From NCBI GenBank assembly GCA_963779415.1, contig CAVZYA010000001.1, forward strand, positions 1,440,001 to 1,504,000: 64,000 bases of DNA. Reading direction: 5' to 3'. Below, in pieces: positions 11,568-20,831 of this stretch. The position numbers and the translations under genes are program-made. The stretch comes from an uncultured Acidobacteriota bacterium (lineage in GTDB: Bacteria; Acidobacteriota; Thermoanaerobaculia; UBA5066). Each line of letters starts with the position of its first letter. Within the stretch, counting starts at the first letter, position 1. Under the pieces are notes generated by a model, which ran no database searches, was not told the DNA's origin, and worked only from the letters and a program-made list of their open reading frames with translations.

Positions 11568-11596
11568 ACTATAGCGCGCACAGGGTTGATCAACCC
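11568..11596 (-). promoter_or_regulatory. -10 box TATAGT (11573-11568) plus perfect palindrome GGGTTGATCAACCC (11583-11596)
   Basis: Both elements are visible upstream of the kinase at 11545. Confidence 0.5.
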
Positions 11597-11641
11597 CCGG
11601 CTGCCGTCTGTGGGGCTTGTCGCCGCCGACCGCGCGACGGC

Positions 11642-14014
11642 TCAAACCTCGGGCAGGCCCATCTTGCGCACCAGTGCCTGGAAGCGCGGCTCGGAGCGCA
11701 GGGTCTCGAACTCTGGGTAAAGATTGAGATAGGGCATGTTCGGATCGCGCGCCTCGAAACCTTTCTCCAGCCATTCGAGGGCTTGGACCTTTTCCCCGGC
11801 GATCGCATACAGCGACGCAACGTCATTGGGAAGCACATAGGTCGTGCGACCGCGCGCTGCCAGCAAGTCCGCCGCGCGGCTCATCGCGCCCCGGTAGCCC
11901 AATTGGGCGTACCCCTGCGTCAAGGCTTCTTCCATCTCACGGTCGGCGGCATAATACGCTTTCATCTCTGCCAAAGACTCTTCGTACTTGGCCTTACGGA
12001 AGAGGGAACATGAGAGCCCCCAGTGCGCCATGGGATTCTGTGGATCCGTTCTGAGCAGATTGCGCAACTGTACGATGGCCTCATCATACCGACCTGCAGA
12101 CTCCAAGAGAAAAGCATGGTGGATGTGGACCAACTCGTTGAGCGGGTCTAATTGCAAGGCTCGCTGGATCTCTGCCATCGCTCTTTCTGGGCGTTTCATG
12201 ATCATCAGGTAATGCGAGTAAAGTGAACGGACATCCGGAAAGTTAGGATTGAGCTCGATGGCTTTCTTAAACTCTGCTTCGGCGCCAGCCCAGTCCCATT
12301 CATGAAGATAGTTAAAGGCAGCCAACGCCGAATGCCCTTCCCCGAGTGTGCTATCCAACTCGATGGCCTTCAGAGCGGCGGCCTTTGCCTTGGGACCCGC
12401 CTCACGTGGCGCCGTGTATCCCGCCTGTTGGCGGTCGAGCCACACAAAGGAAACGCCCGCGTAAGCGGGAGCGTAATTCGGGTCTTTCTTCAGCGCCATC
12501 TCGAAGTAATCGAGTGCAGCCCCGAGGTCCTGTGGAGTAATTCTGTGCGAGCACTGCATGCCCTTGAGATAGGCCTCGTAGGTTTCGGGGTTGACTGTGT
12601 GGGTGGTGACAAGGCGGGTCTGCTCCGCCGGGAGCAGCTTGAGGGCCAGCGCGTCGGCAACCTTGCGGGCCACGTCGCTCTGCAGGGCAAGGATGCCCGA
12701 CATGTCCCGCTCGAAGCTGTCCGCCCAGAGCTGGGTCTGGTCCTTGACCTTGATGAGCTCCGCCGACACTCGGACCCGACCACCCTCCTTCTGCGCGCTC
12801 CCCTCGAGCACGTACTGGATGCCCAGCTCCCGCCCGATCTCGTCGATGGCGGTCTTGGTCTTCTTGTACCGCATGACCGAGGTGCGGGCGATGACCGAAA
12901 GGCTCCCCGGGTGCAGGCGCCCGAGCTGCGCGATCATCTCCTGTGTAAGCCCGTCCGACAGGTACTCCTGCTCCGGGTCGCCCGACAGGTTGGCGAACGG
13001 CAGCACGGCCATTCGGATCGCCCGTCCACCGCCGGCCTGCCCGAACAGCCGGCTCCGCACGCCGCCCACGTCGAGGCTTGCCAGGATGCCAAGCGTGGCG
13101 ACCGCGCAGGCCAGCGCCGCCTGCACGCGGTGGCGCACCACCCACGCGTGCAGCGCCGGCCAGGGCGGCAGCGTCTCGCCAGAGGCCACCGCTTCGAGCG
13201 CCGCCCGTACCTCGCTCCCCCTCTGGTAGCGCCGAGCCGGCTCCTTCGCCAGGCAGCGCTCGATGACGCTTTGAAGTGCGGCCGGCACCCCCGGCGGCAG
13301 CGGCGGCGGCGGCTGGCTGAAGATGGCCGAGCTGAGCTCGAAGCCGGTGTTGCCCTGAAAGGGCCGCCTCCCCGCGGCCATCTCGTAGAGCACCACCCCA
13401 AGAGCCCAGACGTCGCTCCGCGCGTCTGCCGCGATGCCTCTCAGCTGCTCCGGCGCCATATAGGCCGGCGTCCCGACTACCGTTCCGACTTCCGTCAGTG
13501 GCGCCCGTGAGAGCGTCGTGGCTTCGTCCAGCTCCTTTTCGCTCAGCCTCTTCGCCAGCCCGAAGTCGAGCACCTTGGCCCGCCCCTCCGGCGTCAGGAT
13601 CACGTTGGCGCTCTTGAAGTCCCTGTGGACGACGCCGTGCTCGTGGGCGTGCGCGAGCGCGTCGGCTAGTTGATGCCCTACCCGCAGGACCTCCTCGGCC
13701 GAAAGCGCCCCTCCCGCAAGACGCGCCCCGAGCGTCTCCCCCTCCACCAGCTCCTGGACCAGAAGGTATCGGCCCGAGATCTCTTCGAAGGAATGGATGA
13801 CGGCGATGTTCGGGTGATTGACCGCCGCGAGGAGTTTCGCCTCACGCGTGAAGCGCTCCCGCCGTTCCTTGTCCTCGAAGAACTCCTCCGGCAGGACCTT
13901 GATCGCGACCTCGCGATCGAGCCGCGTGTCGCGAGCCCGCCAGACCTCGCCCATCCCCCCGGCCCCGATCCGGGTACCGATCTCGTAGGGACCTAGGCGC
14001 GCGCCCGGCTCTAT
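11642..14014 (-). CDS. Membrane Ser/Thr protein kinase with TolB-like and TPR domains (start codon uncertain, probably ATA 14014)
   Basis: Same architecture as its neighbour. ATA-GAG-CCG-GGC aligns with the paralog's ATG-GAG-CCG-GGC, and AGAAGGA lies 8 nt upstream. The tracked start at 14179 falls inside the upstream gene. Confidence 0.88.
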   Translation of the reverse strand: MEPGARLGPYEIGTRIGAGGMGEVWRARDTRLDREVAIKVLPEEFFEDKERRERFTREAKLLAAVNHPNIAVIHSFEEISGRYLLVQELVEGETLGARLAGGALSAEEVLRVGHQLADALAHAHEHGVVHRDFKSANVILTPEGRAKVLDFGLAKRLSEKELDEATTLSRAPLTEVGTVVGTPAYMAPEQLRGIAADARSDVWALGVVLYEMAAGRRPFQGNTGFELSSAIFSQPPPPLPPGVPAALQSVIERCLAKEPARRYQRGSEVRAALEAVASGETLPPWPALHAWVVRHRVQAALACAVATLGILASLDVGGVRSRLFGQAGGGRAIRMAVLPFANLSGDPEQEYLSDGLTQEMIAQLGRLHPGSLSVIARTSVMRYKKTKTAIDEIGRELGIQYVLEGSAQKEGGRVRVSAELIKVKDQTQLWADSFERDMSGILALQSDVARKVADALALKLLPAEQTRLVTTHTVNPETYEAYLKGMQCSHRITPQDLGAALDYFEMALKKDPNYAPAYAGVSFVWLDRQQAGYTAPREAGPKAKAAALKAIELDSTLGEGHSALAAFNYLHEWDWAGAEAEFKKAIELNPNFPDVRSLYSHYLMIMKRPERAMAEIQRALQLDPLNELVHIHHAFLLESAGRYDEAIVQLRNLLRTDPQNPMAHWGLSCSLFRKAKYEESLAEMKAYYAADREMEEALTQGYAQLGYRGAMSRAADLLAARGRTTYVLPNDVASLYAIAGEKVQALEWLEKGFEARDPNMPYLNLYPEFETLRSEPRFQALVRKMGLPEV

Positions 14015-14072
14015 CGGGATGATCCTTCTGACGAAGAATTCTAGTCCCGCACCCCGACGCGAGAGCCCCCGG

Positions 14073-15149
14073 TCAGAGGCGTGCCTCGAAGATCCGGTTG
14101 AAGGGGGTCTCCGTCGCCCGGCGGAACCGCCTGAAGCCGGCCTCCTTTGCGAGGGCGTGGAACTGTGCTTCCGTGGCAATCGTGCCGAGAACCGTATTTC
14201 CAGAGGCGACAGCGTTCGGCGTGCAGCAGAGGGCCGAGGCGCCGGAAAAGACGCGGCCGACCGGATTGAAGTTGTCAGCCTCGTTCTCTCCCGCCATCGG
14301 CTCGACGATCAGGAGGCTTCCGTCCTTCGCCAGCTTCTCGGCCGCCCTCCGGAGGGCGCCCGCAGGGTCGCCCAGGTCATGGAGGCAGTCGAAGAACGCA
14401 ATCAGGTCGTAGGGGCCGCCGGCATATGTCGTGGCGGCCGCCACCTCGAAGCTCACCCGGTCGGCGACCTGCGCCGTGATGGCGGCCTGCCGGGCCCGGA
14501 CGATAGAAGGGGCGTGGTTGTCGAAGCCCCAGAAGAGCGACTTGGGATAGGCCTCGGCCATGAGGACCGTCGAAGCCCCGTGTCCGCAGCCGACGTCGGC
14601 CACCCGCGCGCCCCTCTCGAGCTTCTCCTTCACCCCCGAGAGCGCCGGGATCCAGGCCGAGACGAGGTTCGCCGCGTAGCCCGGACGGAAGAAGCGTTCG
14701 GTCCCCTCGAACAGGTTGTGGTCGTGCTCGCCCCAGAGCATCCCCTCGCCGGTGCGGAAAGCCCGCTGGATCCGCTCCTCGGCCTTGATCATCGCCGTCA
14801 CGACCTGGTAGCCGCCGAGGACGAAATGGGGGCTCGTATCGTCGGCGAGCGCCATCGCGTGCTCCGGAGGGAGCGTGTACCGCTTCGTCTTGTCGTCGTA
14901 GGCAAGGACGCCGCTCGCCGCCTGGTTCACGAGCCACGGCCGCACGTACGTTTCGACCGTACCCGTCTGGCGGGCCAGCTCCTCGGACGTCAGCGGGCCG
15001 GCGGCCCAGAGCGCCTTGTAAAGCCCGAGCTTGTCCCCGATGACCGTCAGCGCCGCGCTCAGGGTGGATCCGAATTCGGCGACGGCCTTGTGGACGAAGG
15101 CGCTGAGCTTCTCGTCGTCGACCGGGACGACTTCCAGCGGACGGATCAT
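14073..15149 (-). CDS. Class I SAM-dependent methyltransferase with N-terminal winged helix (Rv2258c-like)
   Basis: 'IGDKLGLYKAL', 'VADVGCGHG', 'FFDCLHDLGDP', 'ETPFNRIFEAR'. Confidence 0.92.
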   Translation of the reverse strand: MIRPLEVVPVDDEKLSAFVHKAVAEFGSTLSAALTVIGDKLGLYKALWAAGPLTSEELARQTGTVETYVRPWLVNQAASGVLAYDDKTKRYTLPPEHAMALADDTSPHFVLGGYQVVTAMIKAEERIQRAFRTGEGMLWGEHDHNLFEGTERFFRPGYAANLVSAWIPALSGVKEKLERGARVADVGCGHGASTVLMAEAYPKSLFWGFDNHAPSIVRARQAAITAQVADRVSFEVAAATTYAGGPYDLIAFFDCLHDLGDPAGALRRAAEKLAKDGSLLIVEPMAGENEADNFNPVGRVFSGASALCCTPNAVASGNTVLGTIATEAQFHALAKEAGFRRFRRATETPFNRIFEARL

Positions 15150-15250
15150 GGAATCTCCCCCCCTTTCTTTCCCTGGATGGACGAACGGGGGGAGAGCCGC
15201 GGGCGTCCTCCCCCCAAGAAAGACGCCTGTTGCGACGGAGTCTTATTCTA
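15150..15250 (-). promoter_or_regulatory. -10 TAGAAT and structured ~90-nt 5' leader with anti-SD sequence
   Basis: TAGAAT at 15250-15245; hairpin GGCGUC..GACGCC; UCUCCCCCC is complementary to the RBS GGGGGGAGA. Confidence 0.45.
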
Positions 15251-15276
15251 TTCCGTTCGCCCGCCCGGGGGTCAAG

Positions 15277-16173
15277 TCAGACCTGTCCCGCCCATCCCTT
15301 CGGCGCGACGGCTGCCCAGCGCGCGCGGATCGCGTCGTACTCCGCTCCTGGGAGCGGGCCGGAAGCGAGAAGGGCGGCGTTTTCCTCGAAGCGCCCCGGA
15401 GTCTTCGTCCCGACGAGGGCCGTCGAGACGCCGGGGACCGCGAGCGTGAAGCGGAGGGCCGTCCCGAGCGATTCGGGAAGGGGCGCCTTCAGGAACGGAT
15501 AGTCCAGCTTCGAGAGGCGCTCCCAGTAGGGATGGTGGTAAGCGTCGGCGGGGCGCTTTCCCGTCCGCCACGCCGCGTTCGCCAGGGAGCGCTTCGCGAT
15601 GACGCCGAGACCGCGGGCGCGCGCCTCGGGGAGGACGAGATCGATCGCCTCCTGATCGGCCACCGAGACCGAGATCTGGAGCGTGTCGAACCGCCCGGTC
15701 CGGACGGCGGCGAGAGCGTCCGCCCCGTCGCCGCTGTAGCCGGTGAAGCGCGTCTTCCCCGCGGACCTCAGCCGCTCCATCGCGTCGATCACGTCCCCCT
15801 TCCGGAGGATCTTCTCGTCGCAGGAATGGAGCTGGAGGAGATCCACGCGGTCGGTCCGGAGGAGCCGCAGGCTCCTCTCCACGCTCGCCTCGAGGAGGCG
15901 CGGCGTCCACTCGGGAAGGCCGAGCCCCTGATCGTGCCCGCACTTCGTGAAGAGGTGGAACTCGCTCCGCCGGTGAGAGACGGCGCGGCCGATCAGCCGC
16001 TCGCTCTCGAAGTAGCACTCGGCCGTGTCGATGACGTCGAGCCCCGCATCGAGCGCCGAGCCGAGGAGCGCCTCGACCGCCTTGAGGCTCGCCCCCTCGT
16101 AGCCGATCTGCGACCCGCCGAATCCGAGGGCGGAAACCGAAAAGCCCGTCTTCCCGAGTGTCCGGTGCTCCAC
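15277..16173 (-). CDS. Aldo/keto reductase
   Basis: 'RTLGKTGFSVSALGFG', 'IDTAECY', 'FTKCG', 'VDLLQLH'. Confidence 0.93.
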   Translation of the reverse strand: MEHRTLGKTGFSVSALGFGGSQIGYEGASLKAVEALLGSALDAGLDVIDTAECYFESERLIGRAVSHRRSEFHLFTKCGHDQGLGLPEWTPRLLEASVERSLRLLRTDRVDLLQLHSCDEKILRKGDVIDAMERLRSAGKTRFTGYSGDGADALAAVRTGRFDTLQISVSVADQEAIDLVLPEARARGLGVIAKRSLANAAWRTGKRPADAYHHPYWERLSKLDYPFLKAPLPESLGTALRFTLAVPGVSTALVGTKTPGRFEENAALLASGPLPGAEYDAIRARWAAVAPKGWAGQV

Positions 16174-16236
16174 GGGGGCGAATCTACCTCGGGTCTACCC
16201 GGGTGTCCTCGAAGGACCGGTACACTTCCCCGTCTG

Positions 16237-18735
16237 ATGAGACAGCTCCTCAAGAAGACCGCCCCCCTCGCCGTCCTCGCCTTTCTTCTCGCCCTCCCGC
16301 TGCACCTCGTGGCGGGCGCGCCGGCCGAGGCGATGGACGCCGCCGGGATCCGGCTTGCCCTGAAGAAGCTGAACGTCGTCGGGGGCGTCCTCTACGTCGC
16401 GGCGCACCCGGACGACGAGAACACCGCTTTCCTCGCCTGGGGATCGAAGGGCGCTCTCGTCTCCACGGCGTACCTCGCCATCACGCGGGGCGATGGCGGG
16501 CAGAACCTGATCGGCACCGAGTCGGCCGGGCTTCTCGGCCTCCTCCGGACGCAGGAGCTTCTCGCGGCGCGGCGGATCGACGGGGCGCGGCAGTTCTTCA
16601 CGCGCGCCATCGACTTCGGCTACTCGAAGAGTCCTGACGAGACGCTCGCGATCTGGGATCGCGAAAAGGTCCTCTCCGACGTCGTCCGCGTGATTCGGAC
16701 TTTCCGCCCGGACGTCGTCGTCAACCGCTTCCCGACGACGGGCGAAGGAGGCCACGGGCACCATACCGCCTCGGCCATCCTCTCCGTCGAGGCCTTCGAG
16801 GCCGCGGGCGACCCCGGCCGCTTTCCCGATCAGATCGCCGAGGGGCTCCGGCCCTGGAAGCCGCGGCGGCTCTACTTCAACGCATTCCGCTTCCGGCCGG
16901 ATCAGCCTCGGGTCGCTCCCGAGGGGAGCGTCGCGATAGACCTCGGCGCCTACAACGCCCTCCTCGGCCTTTCCTACACGGAGATCGCCGCGCAGGCGCG
17001 GACGATGCACAAGAGCCAGGGTTTCGGCTCGGCCGAGAGGCGCGGATCCTTTCTGAACGACTTCGTCCTCCTGAAGGGAGAGAGGGCCGGAAACGATCTC
17101 TTCGACGGGATCGACCTGACCTGGAAGCGCGTCCCGGGGGGAGAGAGCGTCGCGTCGCTCCTCGCCGAGGCGGAGCGGACCTTCCGCGAGGACGACCCGG
17201 CGGCCAGCCTGCCGATTCTCCTCAAGACCTGGGAGAAGCTGAACGCTCTCCCGCCGGGTCCCGAGAAGGACGTGAAGCGCGACGAGCTTCTCGAGGTGAT
17301 CCGCTCCTGCGCCGGCATCTGGATCGAGGCCGTCGCCGCCGACCCGGCCGCGGTACCCGGCGGATCCGTGAAGGTCTCCACGATGATCCTGAATCGCTCC
17401 CGTTTCCCTATGACGCTCGCGTCGGTCGACGTGACGGGCGCGCCGCCCGGCTCCGGAGGCGAGATGAGGTTCAACGAGCCGCTTCGCACCGACGTGACGA
17501 TGGCGCTTCCGGCCGGCCAGCCCCTCACGAACCCCTACTGGCTGGTCTCGCCGCCGGGAAAGGGTCTCTACGCGGTCGGGAACGCCTCGCTCATCGGCAG
17601 GCCCGAGGCCCCGCCCCCGTTCGTCGGGCGTTTTCGCGTCCTCGCCGCCGGAGAGACTCTCGACTTTTCGACCCCGGTCGTCTTCCGCAGGACCGACCCC
17701 GTCCGGGGCGAGATCTATCTCCCCTTCGACGTCGTTCCGCCCGTGGCCGCGAACTTCGACGAAAAAGTCTACGCCTTCGCCGGCGCCGCCGTGAAGACGA
17801 TCACGATCTCTCTCCGGAGCTTCACGAAAGCCAGCGGAACGCTCCGACTCGCCGCGAACGGGGGCTGGAAGGTCTCCCCGGCCGAGGTCCCCTTCTCCTT
17901 CGCGGCGCGCGACGAGGAGAAGAGCTTCGGATTGACGGTCACGCCGCCGGCGAAACCGTCGGCCGGGACCTTCCGCGCGACCGCCGTCGTCGACGGAAAG
18001 GAGTGGTCGCGAAGCCTCGTCCGGATCGACTACCCGCACATTCCGCGGCAGACGCTCTTCCCGCCGGCCGAGGCGAAGGCGCTCCGCCTCGACCTCGTCG
18101 CTCCCTCCCGCGAGATCGGCTACATCATGGGGCCGGGCGACACGGTGCCCGAGGCTCTCCGGCAGATCGGGTACAACGTGACGCTCCTCTCGGACGAAGA
18201 TCTGGAGGCCGGCGACCTCTCCCGTTTCGGGACGATCGTCGCCGGGATCCGAGCCTTCAACACGAGGCCACGGCTCAGGACCCTCCATTCGAATCTCGTC
18301 TCGTACGTCGAAAAGGGGGGCACCTTCGTCGTCCAGTACGACACGACCGGCGAGCTGGTGACGGCCGACATCGGACCCTGGCCCTTCAAGATCTCGCATG
18401 ACCGCGTCACGGTCGAGGAGGCGCCGGTGACGTTCACGGACCCGGGCTCCCCGCTCCTGAATACCCCGAACAGGATCGGCCCCGCCGACTTCGACGGGTG
18501 GGTCCAGGAGCGCGGCCTCTACTTCGCGGGGACGTGGGACCCGAGGTACGAGACGCCCCTTTCGATGAGCGATCCGGGCGAGCCGCCGAAGCTCGGCTCG
18601 CTCCTCTTCGCGCGCTACGGCAAGGGGGCGTTCGTCTACACCGGCCTCGCCTTCTTCCGCCAGCTCCCGGCCGGCGTCCCCGGCGCCTACCGGCTCTTCG
18701 TCAACCTGATCGAGGGAGGGCGCGGGGCGAAGTAG
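16237..18735 (+). CDS. Secreted PIG-L/LmbE family deacetylase with C-terminal accessory domains
   Basis: Signal peptide, 'AAHPDDE', 'TRGDGGQNLIG', 'HGHH', 'HKSQGFG', 'FFRQLPAGVPGAYRLFVN'. The start is ATG 16237, not 15031. Confidence 0.92.
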   Translation: MRQLLKKTAPLAVLAFLLALPLHLVAGAPAEAMDAAGIRLALKKLNVVGGVLYVAAHPDDENTAFLAWGSKGALVSTAYLAITRGDGGQNLIGTESAGLLGLLRTQELLAARRIDGARQFFTRAIDFGYSKSPDETLAIWDREKVLSDVVRVIRTFRPDVVVNRFPTTGEGGHGHHTASAILSVEAFEAAGDPGRFPDQIAEGLRPWKPRRLYFNAFRFRPDQPRVAPEGSVAIDLGAYNALLGLSYTEIAAQARTMHKSQGFGSAERRGSFLNDFVLLKGERAGNDLFDGIDLTWKRVPGGESVASLLAEAERTFREDDPAASLPILLKTWEKLNALPPGPEKDVKRDELLEVIRSCAGIWIEAVAADPAAVPGGSVKVSTMILNRSRFPMTLASVDVTGAPPGSGGEMRFNEPLRTDVTMALPAGQPLTNPYWLVSPPGKGLYAVGNASLIGRPEAPPPFVGRFRVLAAGETLDFSTPVVFRRTDPVRGEIYLPFDVVPPVAANFDEKVYAFAGAAVKTITISLRSFTKASGTLRLAANGGWKVSPAEVPFSFAARDEEKSFGLTVTPPAKPSAGTFRATAVVDGKEWSRSLVRIDYPHIPRQTLFPPAEAKALRLDLVAPSREIGYIMGPGDTVPEALRQIGYNVTLLSDEDLEAGDLSRFGTIVAGIRAFNTRPRLRTLHSNLVSYVEKGGTFVVQYDTTGELVTADIGPWPFKISHDRVTVEEAPVTFTDPGSPLLNTPNRIGPADFDGWVQERGLYFAGTWDPRYETPLSMSDPGEPPKLGSLLFARYGKGAFVYTGLAFFRQLPAGVPGAYRLFVNLIEGGRGAK

Positions 18736-18746
18736 GCCCTTCGCCG

Positions 18747-19595
18747 CTACTTCCACCCCGCGACGGTCGCCTTGAACTCGTCCACGACGTCGGCGGGAGG
18801 CTTGCGGGACATCGTCGCGACGGAGGCGAGGGCCTTCTCTCCCGCGCTCTTCGCGTCGGCCTTCTTCCCGAGCTCCGCCGCGATGAGGGCCTTCATCCGG
18901 AGGTTCCAGAAGTTCTCCTGCACGCGGACCGACTGATCCACCCAGCCGGCGGCGTCGGCGAGCGCATATTTGTTGTCCCAGGCCCAGACGGCGGCGTCGT
19001 ATGGGGTCCGCCAGTCGTCGGGCATCACCTTCCCGATCGCCTCCCTGATCGACGCGACGGCCTTCGCGTTCGCGTCGGTCTTCACGGTGAAGGAGACCTT
19101 CAGCTTCTCCCACCCCATCGTGACCGCGGCCGATTCCGAGGAGACGGGGGTGATGGCGTACGTCAGCCGCTCGTGCATCTCCGCGGGCTGCGGCCTGACC
19201 TTCACTCTCAGAGCGTCATCCTCGACCTTGTAGTCGAACGACCCCCAGAGCTTCGCGTTCCTGTTGAAGATGACCGTCCATTCCGTCTTCCCGGGGATCA
19301 TGTGGAGGCTGTAGATCCCGGCCGGAAGCTTCTGCCCGTCGATCTCCACGTCGGCCGAGACCTGGAACGTGGTCGACTCGTTGGCGCCCGCGCGCCAGAC
19401 CTTGTCGTACGGGACGAGGCCGCCCCAGATGACGCGCCCCTTCACGGCGGGACGGCTGTAGGTGATCGTCACCTCGGTCGTCCCGACGACCTGCATCACC
19501 GAGGCCTTGGGGCTCGGACGCGGAAGGTCGAGCTGGGCGAGGGCGGGGGTGGCGGCGAGGAGCGCCGCCGCGGCGAGAGGAATCCGGTTGCGCAT
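18747..19595 (-). CDS. DUF2911 domain secreted protein
   Basis: Signal peptide; 'PRPSPKASVMQVVG..ITYSRPAVKGRVIWGGLVPYDKVWRAGANE'; RBS AGGAG. Confidence 0.9.
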   Translation of the reverse strand: MRNRIPLAAAALLAATPALAQLDLPRPSPKASVMQVVGTTEVTITYSRPAVKGRVIWGGLVPYDKVWRAGANESTTFQVSADVEIDGQKLPAGIYSLHMIPGKTEWTVIFNRNAKLWGSFDYKVEDDALRVKVRPQPAEMHERLTYAITPVSSESAAVTMGWEKLKVSFTVKTDANAKAVASIREAIGKVMPDDWRTPYDAAVWAWDNKYALADAAGWVDQSVRVQENFWNLRMKALIAAELGKKADAKSAGEKALASVATMSRKPPADVVDEFKATVAGWK

Positions 19596-19680
19596 CGGTC
19601 GTCTCCTGTCGTTTCGGTCTCGGGCGGCGGGGCCGCCGAGAAGGATTCTAGTCACGTCGCTGCTAACATCCGGCAGCGCC

Positions 19681-20562
19681 GTGCCCATCTTCACCGGGAC
19701 GTCCTCCGTGTTCGACGCTTCCCGGTACTTGCCGGCGATTCCCGTCCTCGCCCTCGGGACGGCCTTCTTCCTCTGGATTCTTCACCGCTTCTGGCTCTCG
19801 CGGCTCTCCCCCCGGCCGCGCTCCCTCGCCGCCGGGGCGCATTGGAAGATCCTCCTCGGCGCGGCTGGAGCGCTCGGGCTCGCGGCCACCTGCATCCTCG
19901 TCTCCGCGGCAGCCGGGAGCTACCGTGCGACGTCACCCGACTGGTCGGCCTTCGGCTCTACCGGAGGCTCCACGGCGCCGGTGACCCCGCTCCGTCTCCC
20001 CGCGGTGTTCCTTCTCCAGAGCCTCTCGGAGGAGCTCTTCTTCCGCGGCGTCGTGATGGGAGGGCTCGGCGCTCTTTTTCTCTTCGGTCTCTCGTTCGTC
20101 ACCGTCCACCCCCTGCCGGGGGAGCCGGGCGGTTCGCCGCGCCTCGACGCCGCGCGGCACCGGACGTGGCTTCTCGCGGGTCTTCTGGCAAACGGCGTCC
20201 AGGCCGCGCTCTTTTCGACGGTCCACGGCGCGAACCCCGGAGTCACGCTCGTCGCCTCGATGAACATCGGCCTCGCCGGCTTCGTTCTCGGCTGGCTCTA
20301 CTGGTCCCAAGGCTCGATCTTCGGTTCGTGGGCGTGGCATTTCGTCTGGAACTTCTCGCTCGCGGCCTCGGGCCTTCCCGTCTCCGGCGTCCTGGCCGCG
20401 CCGGCGCTCCTTCCGCTCGGGATCTCCGGCGCCCGGCCGGGACTCGTCTCCGGAGGCCCCTTCGGGCCCGAAGCGTCGCTCGTTTGTACCGTGGGGCTGC
20501 TGGTCCTCCTGGGAATCCTGCTTCCGGTTTCGCGTCGACCCAGGGAAGAGGAGAGGAGATAA
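19681..20562 (+). CDS. CPBP (CAAX/Abi) family intramembrane metalloprotease
   Basis: 'EELFFRG', 'FSTVH', 'HFVWN', 'GGPFGPEAS'; multiple TM helices. Start approximate. Confidence 0.85.
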   Translation: MPIFTGTSSVFDASRYLPAIPVLALGTAFFLWILHRFWLSRLSPRPRSLAAGAHWKILLGAAGALGLAATCILVSAAAGSYRATSPDWSAFGSTGGSTAPVTPLRLPAVFLLQSLSEELFFRGVVMGGLGALFLFGLSFVTVHPLPGEPGGSPRLDAARHRTWLLAGLLANGVQAALFSTVHGANPGVTLVASMNIGLAGFVLGWLYWSQGSIFGSWAWHFVWNFSLAASGLPVSGVLAAPALLPLGISGARPGLVSGGPFGPEASLVCTVGLLVLLGILLPVSRRPREEERR

Positions 20563-20573
20563 TCTCCCGCGTC

Positions 20574-20783
20574 ATGGTCAAAGGCGCACGCGAGTTCCTC
20601 ACCTGCCCCTCCTGCAAGAAGCGCTTCTCCTACTGGGTCCTCGAGTCGAATCCTCACCCGAAGGTGAAGTGCTACTACTGCGCGACGGAGTCGTTCCCGA
20701 AAGGGGAGCCCCCCGCCGCGCCGGCCCCCGCCCCCGCCCCTCCCCCGCCGGCGCCGGCCGCGCCCCCCGCCCCGTCGACCTGA
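20574..20783 (+). CDS. 69-aa Zn-ribbon microprotein with Pro/Ala-rich tail
   Basis: MVKGAREFLTCPSCKKRF...VKCYYC..; two CxxC pairs, GC3-rich codons, and it fills the intergenic gap. Confidence 0.7.
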   Translation: MVKGAREFLTCPSCKKRFSYWVLESNPHPKVKCYYCATESFPKGEPPAAPAPAPAPPPPAPAAPPAPST

Positions 20784-20831
20784 GCCCGAAGAGGTCCGCC
20801 GCCCTGTCCCGAATCGGCGCGGAATTAATAC

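Noticed and set aside
11586-11593. TTGATCAA as an FNR box
   Set aside because: It lacks the TTGAT-N4-ATCAA spacing, so it is kept only as an unassigned palindrome.
15031-16236. N-terminal extensions of tracked ORFs (15031, 22181, 57744, 62225)
   Set aside because: They overlap well-supported genes. Signal peptides, motifs and stop-start overlaps define later starts.
20712-20775. C-rich low-complexity tract
   Set aside because: It is explained by the Pro/Ala codons of the microprotein tail.
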